From an uncultured Allomuricauda sp. (GTDB taxonomy: Bacteria; Bacteroidota; Bacteroidia; Flavobacteriales; Flavobacteriaceae): 64,000 nt of DNA. Shown piece by piece: positions 46,898-56,476 of the stretch. The translations under genes and the position numbers were made by a program. The notes beneath the pieces are model-generated. The model worked only from the letters and a program-made list of their open reading frames with translations. It ran no database searches and was not told the DNA's origin. Numbering within the stretch: the stretch's first letter is position 1; every line of letters begins with the position of its first letter. The DNA is taken from positions 1,789,807 through 1,853,806 of the forward strand of contig OZ220751.1 of assembly GCA_965117065.1 (NCBI GenBank). The letters are read 5' to 3'.

Positions 46898-48745
46898 TCA
46901 CTCCACGGTAACCGATTTGGCCAAGTTTCTTGGTTGATCCACATTACATCCCCGCATAACGGCAATGTGATACGACAATAGCTGAAGTGGTATTGTAGTC
47001 AACAATGGGGTTAGGCTTTCCGAAGCTTCCGGAACCTCTACCACATGATCGGCCAATTCTTTTACTTGTTTATCACCTTCGGTGACAACAGCTATGATTC
47101 TTCCATTTCTGGATTTAATTTCTTGGATGTTGCTCACTACTTTTTCGTAGTGTCCCTTTTTGGTGGCAATGACCACAACGGGCATTTGCTCGTCGATTAA
47201 GGCGATGGGGCCATGTTTCATTTCCGCTGCGGGATATCCCTCGGCATGAATGTAACTGATCTCCTTTAACTTCAATGCCCCTTCCAAAGCCACTGGAAAA
47301 TTGTAACCGCGACCTAAGTACAAGCAATTAGAAGAATCCTTATAGATATCCGAAATTTGTTCAACAAGGGCATTGGATTCCAATGTCTTTTCCACTTTGC
47401 CGGGAATACTTTCCAACTCCGCTAAAATCTCATGGTACCGTGATTCAGAAAAGACTCCTTTTTCATGGGCAAGTTTCAGCGCAATTAAGGTTAAAACGGT
47501 AATCTGTGTGGTAAATGCTTTGGTGGAAGCAACGCCAATTTCAGGTCCTGCATGGGTGTAGGCCCCTGCATGTGTTTCCCTGGCAATGGACGACCCAACC
47601 ACATTACATACTCCAAAGACAAAAGCTCCTTTTTCTTTAGCCAATTTGATAGCCGCCAAAGTATCTGCAGTTTCCCCCGATTGCGAAATTGCAATCAAGA
47701 CATCATTCTCGGTGATAACAGGGTTTCTATAACGGAACTCCGAAGCATATTCTACTTCTACTGGAATTCGTGCCAAATCCTCAAAAATGTATTCGGCCAC
47801 CAACCCTGCGTGCCAAGAGGTTCCACAGGCCACAATAATAATCCTGTTCGCATTGAGGAATCTTTCCAGATTCTGGTCAATCCCAGACATTTTAATGATT
47901 CCTTGATCAGCTAACAAACGCCCCCTATACGTATCCAAAATGGCCCTAGGTTGCTCATAAATCTCCTTTAGCATAAAATGATCATACCCTCCCTTTTCTA
48001 TTTCTTCAAGGTTGAGCTGAAGTTCTAAAATGTTGGGATAAGCTATGGCGTCATCCTTGATTCTACGCAATTTGATTTCCTTACCAATACGAATAATTGC
48101 CATTTCCTCATCTTCAAGGTATACAGCATTATTGGTGAACTCTATAAATGGCGATGCGTCGGAAGCGATAAAATATTCGTTTTCTCCCACACCAATTGCC
48201 AAGGGACTTCCTAACTTGGCTACCACAATCTCATCGGGTTTATTTTTATCAAAAACAGCAATGGCATAAGCTCCAACAACCTGATTTAAAGCAATTTGAA
48301 CTGCTTGACCAAGTTTGACTCCTTCCTGTTTCTTGACTTCTTCAATAAGGTTAACCAAAACCTCTGTATCGGTATCTGACTCAAAGGAATAGCCCCTTTC
48401 TATAAGCGCTTTTTTAATGGACTCGTAATTTTCGATGATTCCATTATGAATAATAACCAAGTCCCCGGAATTTGAATAATGCGGATGGGAATTTGTGTCA
48501 TTCGGGACTCCATGTGTTGCCCATCGGGTATGTCCCAAACCAAGTTTACCCTCAAGAGCTATGGTAGCCTTACTTTTTTGCTTAAGGTCCTCAACCTTTC
48601 CTTTTGTTTTGGATAGTTGGGTGTCTTCTCCATTGAACAATACTATTCCGGCACTGTCGTACCCTCTGTATTCCAAACGTTGTAGGCCCTTAATAATAAT
48701 GGGATAAGCATCCCTATGACCAATATATCCTACAATTCCGCACAT
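46898..48745 (-). CDS. glmS: Glutamine--fructose-6-phosphate aminotransferase (isomerizing)
   Basis: 615 aa with N-terminal MCGIVGY (Ntn Cys) and two SIS domains. Confidence 0.97.
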   Translation of the reverse strand: MCGIVGYIGHRDAYPIIIKGLQRLEYRGYDSAGIVLFNGEDTQLSKTKGKVEDLKQKSKATIALEGKLGLGHTRWATHGVPNDTNSHPHYSNSGDLVIIHNGIIENYESIKKALIERGYSFESDTDTEVLVNLIEEVKKQEGVKLGQAVQIALNQVVGAYAIAVFDKNKPDEIVVAKLGSPLAIGVGENEYFIASDASPFIEFTNNAVYLEDEEMAIIRIGKEIKLRRIKDDAIAYPNILELQLNLEEIEKGGYDHFMLKEIYEQPRAILDTYRGRLLADQGIIKMSGIDQNLERFLNANRIIIVACGTSWHAGLVAEYIFEDLARIPVEVEYASEFRYRNPVITENDVLIAISQSGETADTLAAIKLAKEKGAFVFGVCNVVGSSIARETHAGAYTHAGPEIGVASTKAFTTQITVLTLIALKLAHEKGVFSESRYHEILAELESIPGKVEKTLESNALVEQISDIYKDSSNCLYLGRGYNFPVALEGALKLKEISYIHAEGYPAAEMKHGPIALIDEQMPVVVIATKKGHYEKVVSNIQEIKSRNGRIIAVVTEGDKQVKELADHVVEVPEASESLTPLLTTIPLQLLSYHIAVMRGCNVDQPRNLAKSVTVE

Positions 48746-48861
48746 AAGACCGGTTTTAAAGTTATTTACTGAATGGTTTTGGTTACAAATTTAGTCCCAA
48801 TTCTAGGAAAACTCGAAATCCTATACGCTATACAACGAAAAAAGTCTATGAATGGTATCCT

Positions 48862-50685
48862 TTAGTTAGCCTCAGTATAGTAAATCTCAAGTTTGAGCTT
48901 CTTATCAATATCAGAGGCATCAACATTACTGCCAAAAAGAACTGTCCCCAGGGGGTTAATGGTGGACATTAAAGGCATATCGATGATTTCCCCGTCATCA
49001 CCCATTGATTCTGCAACATTAGGAACACCAATATTTGATGTTAGGGTCAATGCCAATCTAGCATTTGTAGAATCCCTAACAATAATATTATTTATGTAAT
49101 CGGTAATCCTAAATTTATATTTGACCCCTGCTCCATTGTCTTTTTCCAAAATACCTCCATAATCCAAGAAAAGACCAAGGGGTTCATTGGTATCGCTAGT
49201 CTCTCTGGCGGTATTGTATATGGGCTGGTTGGTTTCGGCATTGTACAGGTATAATCTTGGTGGCTCTTCCACTCCTCCTGCTAAATCCAGGGAATTTCTA
49301 TCAACATAAAATATCACATTGGCCTCATTGATAATCCAATTGTTTTGTTTTATTCCATTGATGATATCCGCACCCCCGTTTTCAGCCTCATCAAATAGTC
49401 TGATTTCGGTAAAGGTCCCTGGTCCTCCTTTTGAATAGATTCTTGCTGTATTTTCACCATTATCCAAAATATTGGCAATTTCTGCAGGATAATCCGCATC
49501 CTCCAAGATGTTGACAGCATTTCCTAAAATGATACCGTTGCTATTGATCAACAGATTCAATACAAAATCCCGTTCTACCGTTTCCACAGCTTCATCTGTG
49601 GTATTGTAGTCCTGAAATTCATAGGTGATGGTAATATTTGCTTGAGTTAAATCGAACAAAAACATGAGTTCTTCCATATCAGTTCCACCTTCCAAATGTA
49701 TTCCTCGTACAAAATCTGCAAAGTTGTTTTGACTGATTAACTCCGATTGTCCTTCTTTATCCAAAATGTTTTGTTGAAAGTAGGTGTTGTCCAAGGGCAC
49801 CCATATCCCAGGATTCAATCTTGTCTCTACTTGAAGTGATTCGTCTATATCAGCGGTTTCCGGGTCATCATCAAGAAAAAACAACATTTCCTCATTGACT
49901 ATGGAAACTTCACCACTAAACAATTCCTGTCCAACAAACGCAGAAAAATCTTGATTGGAAAAATATTCCTGTGCTTCCTCAAAATTGGTGTTGGGATCCA
50001 AATCCCTCAAAAAGTATGTAGAGGTAGAGACTTTTAGATTAAAGGTTTGGGTCCTGTCTCCAAAAATACTATCCAAATCCAATCTTCTTGGGAATGTATT
50101 GGCCACAAAATCATCTCCGGTACCATCTTCGTTGGGATCAAATGGATTGGAGCCAATCACCCGCTCCGCATTGTCCGATACGCCATCGCCGTCTTCATCG
50201 GAATTTGGGTCACTGGAGTCGTTATCAAATTCATCTTCCACCCCATCACCATCGCTGTCCCTTAGTGAGCTCGGCGGCAATTGAAAGGGTATATACAAGT
50301 ACACTTCCTTTACAGTTTCCTCTTCCGGAATGGTAATATCTGAATCGTCAGTGTCTGCATTATCTTCTGTTTCCTGCGAAGAATCGCCAAAAATCGGATT
50401 CCCTTGTCGTCCAGGTAAAGAAAGTTGGGACACAATACTGGCATTTCTTTGGCCATAAATTGGATCGTTGAAAGTCCCAAGCTGGTATAGGGGAAGGCGG
50501 TTAGTTTGAACCGTTTCTATTCCTTTGTTGAAGGCAAAAACATCAAATTCTGCTTTTCCAGTGGTAAAAGGTTCACCAGCAACAACTCCCTCTCCAATAG
50601 TTCCCAATTCCTCCTCGCAAGCGAGGGTGATTAAAAACAAAGTTCCAACCAAGGCTGAAACCTTTATAATCCTAAAAAATTTCAT
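48862..50685 (-). CDS. DUF4270-family lipoprotein with thrombospondin type-3-like Asp-rich calcium-binding repeats
   Basis: 607 aa with lipobox ITLAC and repeats [30 protein letters not shown]. It occupies the conserved glgA-DUF4270-glmS position seen in Flavobacteriia. Confidence 0.55.
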   Translation of the reverse strand: MKFFRIIKVSALVGTLFLITLACEEELGTIGEGVVAGEPFTTGKAEFDVFAFNKGIETVQTNRLPLYQLGTFNDPIYGQRNASIVSQLSLPGRQGNPIFGDSSQETEDNADTDDSDITIPEEETVKEVYLYIPFQLPPSSLRDSDGDGVEDEFDNDSSDPNSDEDGDGVSDNAERVIGSNPFDPNEDGTGDDFVANTFPRRLDLDSIFGDRTQTFNLKVSTSTYFLRDLDPNTNFEEAQEYFSNQDFSAFVGQELFSGEVSIVNEEMLFFLDDDPETADIDESLQVETRLNPGIWVPLDNTYFQQNILDKEGQSELISQNNFADFVRGIHLEGGTDMEELMFLFDLTQANITITYEFQDYNTTDEAVETVERDFVLNLLINSNGIILGNAVNILEDADYPAEIANILDNGENTARIYSKGGPGTFTEIRLFDEAENGGADIINGIKQNNWIINEANVIFYVDRNSLDLAGGVEEPPRLYLYNAETNQPIYNTARETSDTNEPLGLFLDYGGILEKDNGAGVKYKFRITDYINNIIVRDSTNARLALTLTSNIGVPNVAESMGDDGEIIDMPLMSTINPLGTVLFGSNVDASDIDKKLKLEIYYTEAN

Positions 50686-50690
50686 GCAAT

Positions 50691-51500
50691 TTATTTTAAA
50701 ACTTCTGTCTTATAGAAATTTGTGTACGCATCCTCCGCTTCTTGTAACGAAACGTAGGGCAGTACTGGTTTGGAAAGATTTGCAATGTGGTTTCTTAAGT
50801 CCTCTGACACTTCTTCCGAGGCTAAAATAATGGCATCGGAATAATCTACTGCAACTTTTAACAAATTATTATAGTCGGGAGCCGAAAGGGATGAAACACT
50901 CTCTGTATCAATCCCGTCAAATGCTATTTTGTTGATCATTTCACCATCCAGTTCCCCATCATATCCTTTTCCATAAACCGAAGTAACAATCTTGCTATCT
51001 GCAAACAAAGGCTCATCAGCATAGTACTTTCTTAGATATAACGGTAGTAATGAGGCCATCCAACCTTGAACATGGATAATATCAGGAGACCAGTTCAGCT
51101 TCTTCACGGTTTCTACCACCCCTTTAGCAAAGAAAATGGCACGCTCATCGTTATCTGGAAACAAATTACCATCGGCATCTGTAAAGGTTGCCTTTCTTTT
51201 AAAATATTCTTCATTATCAATAAAGTATACTTGTATCCTTTCTCTTGGAATGGAGGCAACTTTAATGATAAGGGGCATATCCATATCATTGATCACCAAA
51301 TTCATCCCCGATAAACGAATTACCTCGTGCAATTGATGCCTTCTTTCATTTATATTTCCATACCTTGGCATAAATATGCGAATTTGGCCTCCATTGCTGT
51401 TGACCATTCGCGGCGCTTCGTATGACATTAAGGAAACTTGATTCTCTGGGAGGTAGGGTACTAATTCAGAAGATACAAACAATATCTTTTTACCATTCAT
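50691..51500 (-). CDS. Short-form glycogen/starch synthase-like protein (GlgA N-terminal domain only, Bacteroidetes type)
   Basis: ORF 50691..51539. The likely start is the Met at 51500 ([16 protein letters not shown], the canonical GlgA N-terminal glycine-rich start). Confidence 0.6.
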   Translation of the reverse strand: MNGKKILFVSSELVPYLPENQVSLMSYEAPRMVNSNGGQIRIFMPRYGNINERRHQLHEVIRLSGMNLVINDMDMPLIIKVASIPRERIQVYFIDNEEYFKRKATFTDADGNLFPDNDERAIFFAKGVVETVKKLNWSPDIIHVQGWMASLLPLYLRKYYADEPLFADSKIVTSVYGKGYDGELDGEMINKIAFDGIDTESVSSLSAPDYNNLLKVAVDYSDAIILASEEVSEDLRNHIANLSKPVLPYVSLQEAEDAYTNFYKTEVLK

Positions 51501-51575
51501 AAACACTTTATTTTGCTTATCCGAAAAACGTAGCTGCAAAAGTACAAAAATTATGCTGATTAGCAGTATTTATAG

Positions 51576-51583
51576 TATTTTTG
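51576..51583 (+). promoter_or_regulatory. Bacteroidetes-type -7 promoter element (TATTTTTG) for panC
   Basis: Located 20 nt upstream of ATG 51603. Confidence 0.35.
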
Positions 51584-51602
51584 CACGCTTTTGGGCTTTG
51601 CT

Positions 51603-52451
51603 ATGCACATATTTGACCACAAAAAGGAACTCATCTCCTATCTGCAAAAAGAAAGGAGCAAAAATCGTACCGTTGGTTTAGTACCTACCATGGGCGCTTT
51701 ACATCAAGGACATCTATCGTTGGTAAAGATGGCTGCAGCCGAAAATGATGTGGTAGTGGTCAGTGTTTTTGTGAATCCCACGCAGTTCGACAAGCAACAT
51801 GATTTGGAAAAATATCCACGAAACTTGGAGAACGATATAAATCTCTTACGAAGTGTTTCAAATGCAGTTGTGGTGTTCACCCCTACCGTTGATGAAATTT
51901 ATGGAGAAGATGTAAGGTCCCAATCCTATGAATTTGATGGATTGGACAAGGTTATGGAGGGTGCATTTAGGGCAGGACATTTTGACGGTGTTGGCACTAT
52001 TGTGGAACTGTTCCTCAAAACCGTAGCCCCTGACCGCGCCTATTTTGGTGAGAAAGATTACCAACAGCTTCAGATTATTAGGAAGATGGTGGATTTCAAG
52101 AAACTACCTTACCTAATTGTGGGTTGCCCCATAGAGAGGGAGCAGCATGGTTTAGCTATGAGTTCACGTAATGAACGACTGTCAAAAACGACAAGAAATG
52201 AAGCTGGTTTTATCTATAAAACCCTGCAGACTGCCAAAACCAAATTTGGCACGGAAAGTGCTAATAGAATAAAGAACTGGGTGCAATCCCAATTCGCTCA
52301 AAATGAGGTGTTGGAATTGGAGTATTTTGAGATTTCAGATGAAAATACGTTGACCCCAATGCTAAAAAAACAGGCAAATAAAAAATATAGGGCGTTTATA
52401 GCCGTTTACGCTGATAACGTTCGTTTAATAGACAATCTAAGACTGAATTAG
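51603..52451 (+). CDS. panC: Pantoate--beta-alanine ligase
   Basis: The ORF track starts at TTG 51591. The first ATG (51603) gives MHIFDHKKEL... with the HIGH-like PTMGALHQGH motif. Confidence 0.9.
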   Translation: MHIFDHKKELISYLQKERSKNRTVGLVPTMGALHQGHLSLVKMAAAENDVVVVSVFVNPTQFDKQHDLEKYPRNLENDINLLRSVSNAVVVFTPTVDEIYGEDVRSQSYEFDGLDKVMEGAFRAGHFDGVGTIVELFLKTVAPDRAYFGEKDYQQLQIIRKMVDFKKLPYLIVGCPIEREQHGLAMSSRNERLSKTTRNEAGFIYKTLQTAKTKFGTESANRIKNWVQSQFAQNEVLELEYFEISDENTLTPMLKKQANKKYRAFIAVYADNVRLIDNLRLN

Positions 52452-52464
52452 TTAATTTTGCACC

Positions 52465-52815
52465 ATGCAAGTTGAAGTAGTAAAATCTAAAATCCATAGA
52501 GTTAAAGTCACAGGCGCTGACCTTAATTACATAGGAAGCATCACCATTGATGAAGACCTAATGGATGCTGCAAACATTATCAGGGGTGAAAAGGTCCAAA
52601 TTGTGAACAACAACAATGGGGAGCGATTAGAGACTTATGCCATTCCTGGTCCCAGAGGAACCGGAGAACTTACCCTGAACGGAGCTGCAGCCCGCAAAGT
52701 GGCGGTAGGCGATGTACTTATTTTGATCACCTATGCTTGGATGGATATAGAGGAAGCCAAATCCTTTAATCCCGCATTGGTCTTTCCCAATGAGGAAACC
52801 AATATGTTAAACTAG
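52465..52815 (+). CDS. panD: Aspartate 1-decarboxylase
   Basis: 116 aa with the pyruvoyl-forming GS^ITID processing site. Confidence 0.95.
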   Translation: MQVEVVKSKIHRVKVTGADLNYIGSITIDEDLMDAANIIRGEKVQIVNNNNGERLETYAIPGPRGTGELTLNGAAARKVAVGDVLILITYAWMDIEEAKSFNPALVFPNEETNMLN

Positions 52816-52817
52816 TT

Positions 52818-53783
52818 TTGAACGCTTCCCTTAAAAAGTTTCTCAAAATAGCCATTCCGATACTCATTGGAGCAGGCCTTGTCTTTTACTCTTTTTCCTC
52901 CACAACACCTGAAGATCGAAAAAAGATTTTGGAATCTATCCAGAATGCAAATTTGTTCTGGGTTTTTATGTCTATTGCAATAGGTATCCTAAGTCATATC
53001 TCAAGGGCAATCCGATGGAACTATCTATTAGCTCCTATGGGTTACAAGCCAAGGCTTGTTAACAATGTACTCATCATTCTTATAAGTTATTTTGCCAACA
53101 CTTTGGTGCTTAGATCTGGAGAAGTATTGCGGGCAACTGCTTTAAACACCTACGAAAAGGTGCCTTTTGAAAAAGGATTTGGTACCATTGTTACCGAAAG
53201 AATTGTTGATGTCATAATGCTTTTGTTGGTCATAACAACCGCCCTTTTATTTCAAACCGATGTAATCTTGGGAATTCTTCAAGAAAATGGCATTGGACTT
53301 GCAGGTTCACTGGCCCTTTTACTGGTGGGCATACTGGGGTTGATTATCGCCATACGTTTGATTAAAAAGTCCTCTTCCAAATTTGCCTTAAAAATCAAAA
53401 TATTCCTTAGCGGTCTGCTGGATGGTGTTCTCAGTATTTTTAAAATGAAACGCAAGGGGGCCTTTATCTTCCACACCTTTTTTATCTGGTTCTGCTACAT
53501 TGCCATGTTCTGGGTCATCAAATTCACAGTACCGGAAACAACAGATCTCCCTATGGGAGCTTTTCTTGTAGCCTTTGTGGCCGGGGCATTTGCCATGGCG
53601 GCCACTAATGGAGGTCTGGGTCTTTTCCCAATAGTTGTTACAGCCGCTCTATCTGTTTATGGTGTGAGCAAAACTTCGGGAGATGCCTACGGTTGGATCA
53701 TGTGGACAGCCCAAACCCTTATGGTCGTTGTTTTTGGAACAATATCCTTTATTGTGTTACCGTTATTGAATAGAAATCGGTAA
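52818..53783 (+). CDS. Lysylphosphatidylglycerol-synthase-TM-region-like (UPF0104 flippase-like) membrane protein
   Basis: 321 aa with 8 TM helices and the family-typical N-terminal KxxLKIAIxLxIG. Confidence 0.55.
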   Translation: MNASLKKFLKIAIPILIGAGLVFYSFSSTTPEDRKKILESIQNANLFWVFMSIAIGILSHISRAIRWNYLLAPMGYKPRLVNNVLIILISYFANTLVLRSGEVLRATALNTYEKVPFEKGFGTIVTERIVDVIMLLLVITTALLFQTDVILGILQENGIGLAGSLALLLVGILGLIIAIRLIKKSSSKFALKIKIFLSGLLDGVLSIFKMKRKGAFIFHTFFIWFCYIAMFWVIKFTVPETTDLPMGAFLVAFVAGAFAMAATNGGLGLFPIVVTAALSVYGVSKTSGDAYGWIMWTAQTLMVVVFGTISFIVLPLLNRNR

Positions 53784-53809
53784 TCCCCTACCAACAAAAT
53801 TTTAATCTA

Positions 53810-54952
53810 ATGAAAAATTGGCTGTTTCTGTTAATAGGCCTGCTGTGCTTTACTATGGGAGCACAGGTGAAAAAAGAAATCTTCGAATCCTTCAAACTTC
53901 AGGAACGGAGAGGGGTATCCTACTATTTTCCAGAGGACTATTCTGAGGAGAAAAAGTATCCGCTTATTGTGGTTCTCGATGCAGAATACTTGTTCGACCT
54001 GGTTGTGGCCAATGCTAAATTTTATAGCGAACACCAAAGAATGCCAGAATCCATAATTGTTGCGGTGGATCAGGCAGAAAATGACTTGCGTTGGGAAGAC
54101 TGCGATTTTGAGCAGACCACGGGTCTACCCACGGAAAAAGGAGCAAAGTTCTATGAGTTTTTAGGTACAGAATTGATTCCTTACTTGGAGACAAGCTACA
54201 ACATTGCACCCTTTAAAATGTTTGTGGGGTATGACATTACGGCCAACTTTGGCAACTACTTTTTGTTTAAGGATCGATCTCTTTTTAATTCCTATTTGTC
54301 AATTTCTCCAGTATTGGCTACTGAAATGGAAAGTCGGGTTCCCTCACGCTTATCCGATTTAAATCAAGAGATTTTCTATAATGTTGTTCTGGAAAAAGAA
54401 AAAACAGAGGATAGACAGCGCATGCTTCAGATGAGCAACTCCATCAAATCCATTGACAAGGAAAATCTTCACTACTTTTTTGATGAATATGACAATGCTG
54501 ACCATGTATCCATAGCCGCTTATGGCATCAGTAAAGCATTTGACAACGTGTTCAAAATATTTAGACCAATCAGTCCCAAAGAATACAAAACTGAAATTCT
54601 TACCTCTGAGGAACCAGTCTTTAAATATCTTAAGGACCGATATGATATGATTGAAAAACTCCTTGGTTTTAGAAAACCTGTGGAGCTCAATGATATCATG
54701 GCCATCTATGCTGCATGTCTAAAAAAGGAGGATTTTGAATCCTTAAAACCCCTTTCGGAAATCTGTAAAAAACAGTACCCAGAAACCATGATGGGCTTTT
54801 ATTTTGAAGGAGAATACTACGAAGAACTCGGGGAGCCCAAAAAAGCATTTAAAACCTTTGAGAAAGCCTTCCAAATGGAAGAAATAGATTTCTTGACCAA
54901 AGATATGGCGCTGGATAAAATTGATGCCCTCAAAGCAGATTTTGGCTATTAG
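53810..54952 (+). CDS. Esterase-like alpha/beta-hydrolase-fold protein with C-terminal TPR-like helical region; nucleophile serine apparently absent
   Basis: 380 aa with signal peptide. The putative-esterase-like core (YPLIVVLDAEY...) has VGYDITANFG at the position where GxSxG is expected. Confidence 0.35.
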   Translation: MKNWLFLLIGLLCFTMGAQVKKEIFESFKLQERRGVSYYFPEDYSEEKKYPLIVVLDAEYLFDLVVANAKFYSEHQRMPESIIVAVDQAENDLRWEDCDFEQTTGLPTEKGAKFYEFLGTELIPYLETSYNIAPFKMFVGYDITANFGNYFLFKDRSLFNSYLSISPVLATEMESRVPSRLSDLNQEIFYNVVLEKEKTEDRQRMLQMSNSIKSIDKENLHYFFDEYDNADHVSIAAYGISKAFDNVFKIFRPISPKEYKTEILTSEEPVFKYLKDRYDMIEKLLGFRKPVELNDIMAIYAACLKKEDFESLKPLSEICKKQYPETMMGFYFEGEYYEELGEPKKAFKTFEKAFQMEEIDFLTKDMALDKIDALKADFGY

Positions 54953-55055
54953 ATGGTCAGAAAGTTTGAGAACTAACTCTCATGCATCAAAAATCCTGCA
55001 ATCGAATAATCCAATAATCTAATTCGATATCTTTGGCAAAATCCTATTCAGGTTC

Positions 55056-56414
55056 ATGCCCAAGACCAAAACTACTTTCTTTTGCCAAAACTGTGGTACA
55101 CAATACCCTAAATGGATTGGACAATGCTCCTCTTGCAAACAATGGAACACCATTGTGGAAGAAGTAGTCCAAAAGGAAGAAAAAAGAAGTTGGAAAAATG
55201 ATGCTGGCCCATCCAAAAAGGCATCCCGTTCCTTAAAACTAACCGAAATCTCCAATGAGAAAGAACTGCGCTTAGATTCCAAGGACCAGGAATTCAACCG
55301 TGTATTGGGCGGAGGTATAGTTCCAGGATCCCTAATTTTATTGGGAGGCGAGCCAGGGATTGGGAAAAGTACTCTTTTACTTCAAATTGCGCTCAAACTC
55401 AACTATAAAACCCTCTATGTTTCTGGAGAGGAAAGCCAAAAACAGATAAAAATGCGTGCAGATCGCATTCATCCCAATAGTGCAAACTGTTATATCCTTA
55501 CCGAAACCAAAACGCAAAACATCTTTCAACAGATCAGTTTATTGCAACCAGATTTACTGGTCATTGATTCCATTCAAACCCTGCATACCGATTATATTGA
55601 ATCCGCAGCCGGAAGTATTTCCCAAATTAGGGAATGTACCGCTGAGCTTATCAAATTTGCCAAGGAAAGTAACACCCCGGTTATCTTGGTAGGACATATT
55701 ACCAAAGATGGCACAATTGCGGGGCCAAAAATTTTGGAGCATATGGTAGATACCGTACTCCAATTTGAAGGGGATCGCAACTACGTTTACCGCATTCTTC
55801 GCTCCTTAAAAAACAGGTTTGGCTCCACGGCCGAATTGGGCATTTATGAAATGCAAGGTAGCGGGCTTCGCGAGGTTAATAATCCTTCCGAAGTTTTGAT
55901 TTCCAAAAATGAAGAAGACTTGAGTGGCACAGCAATAGCTGCAACGGTTGAAGGTATGCGACCCTTACTTATAGAAATCCAAGCCTTGGTGAGTACCGCG
56001 GTCTATGGTACTCCGCAACGTTCTGCTACCGGGTTCAATGCCAAACGCCTAAACATGCTCTTGGCTGTCCTTGAAAAAAGAGCCGGTTTTAAACTGGGCG
56101 CCAAAGATGTTTTTCTGAACATCACTGGGGGTATTTCCATAGATGACCCTGCTATTGACTTGGCAGTAATGGCGGCCATTTTATCTAGCAATGCAGACAT
56201 TCCCATTGAAAAAGGTGTGTGTTTTGCCGCTGAAGTGGGATTGGCGGGAGAAATCCGACCCGTACAAAGGATTGATCAACGTATCCTTGAAGCTGAAAAA
56301 TTGGGTTTCAATACAATCTACGTTTCCAAGAACAACAAAATTGGATTGAAAATAACTTCCATTCAGGTTAAACTGGTTTCAAAAATTGAAGATGTTGTGT
56401 CTTCACTATTTTAA
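55056..56414 (+). CDS. radA: DNA repair protein RadA
   Basis: 452 aa with an N-terminal C4 zinc finger (CQNCG...CSSC), RecA-like ATPase with GEPGIGKST, and a Lon-like C-terminal domain. Confidence 0.95.
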   Translation: MPKTKTTFFCQNCGTQYPKWIGQCSSCKQWNTIVEEVVQKEEKRSWKNDAGPSKKASRSLKLTEISNEKELRLDSKDQEFNRVLGGGIVPGSLILLGGEPGIGKSTLLLQIALKLNYKTLYVSGEESQKQIKMRADRIHPNSANCYILTETKTQNIFQQISLLQPDLLVIDSIQTLHTDYIESAAGSISQIRECTAELIKFAKESNTPVILVGHITKDGTIAGPKILEHMVDTVLQFEGDRNYVYRILRSLKNRFGSTAELGIYEMQGSGLREVNNPSEVLISKNEEDLSGTAIAATVEGMRPLLIEIQALVSTAVYGTPQRSATGFNAKRLNMLLAVLEKRAGFKLGAKDVFLNITGGISIDDPAIDLAVMAAILSSNADIPIEKGVCFAAEVGLAGEIRPVQRIDQRILEAEKLGFNTIYVSKNNKIGLKITSIQVKLVSKIEDVVSSLF

Positions 56415-56476
56415 AACTCAAAGTTGCCCAAAGAACAGGTTAGTTTCTAAATTTTTATATTTAGAAAAACCACATC

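Noticed and set aside
48746-48861. Possible glmS ribozyme upstream of glmS
   Set aside because: I could not identify any conserved glmS ribozyme core elements, and the ribozyme is restricted to Gram-positive lineages.
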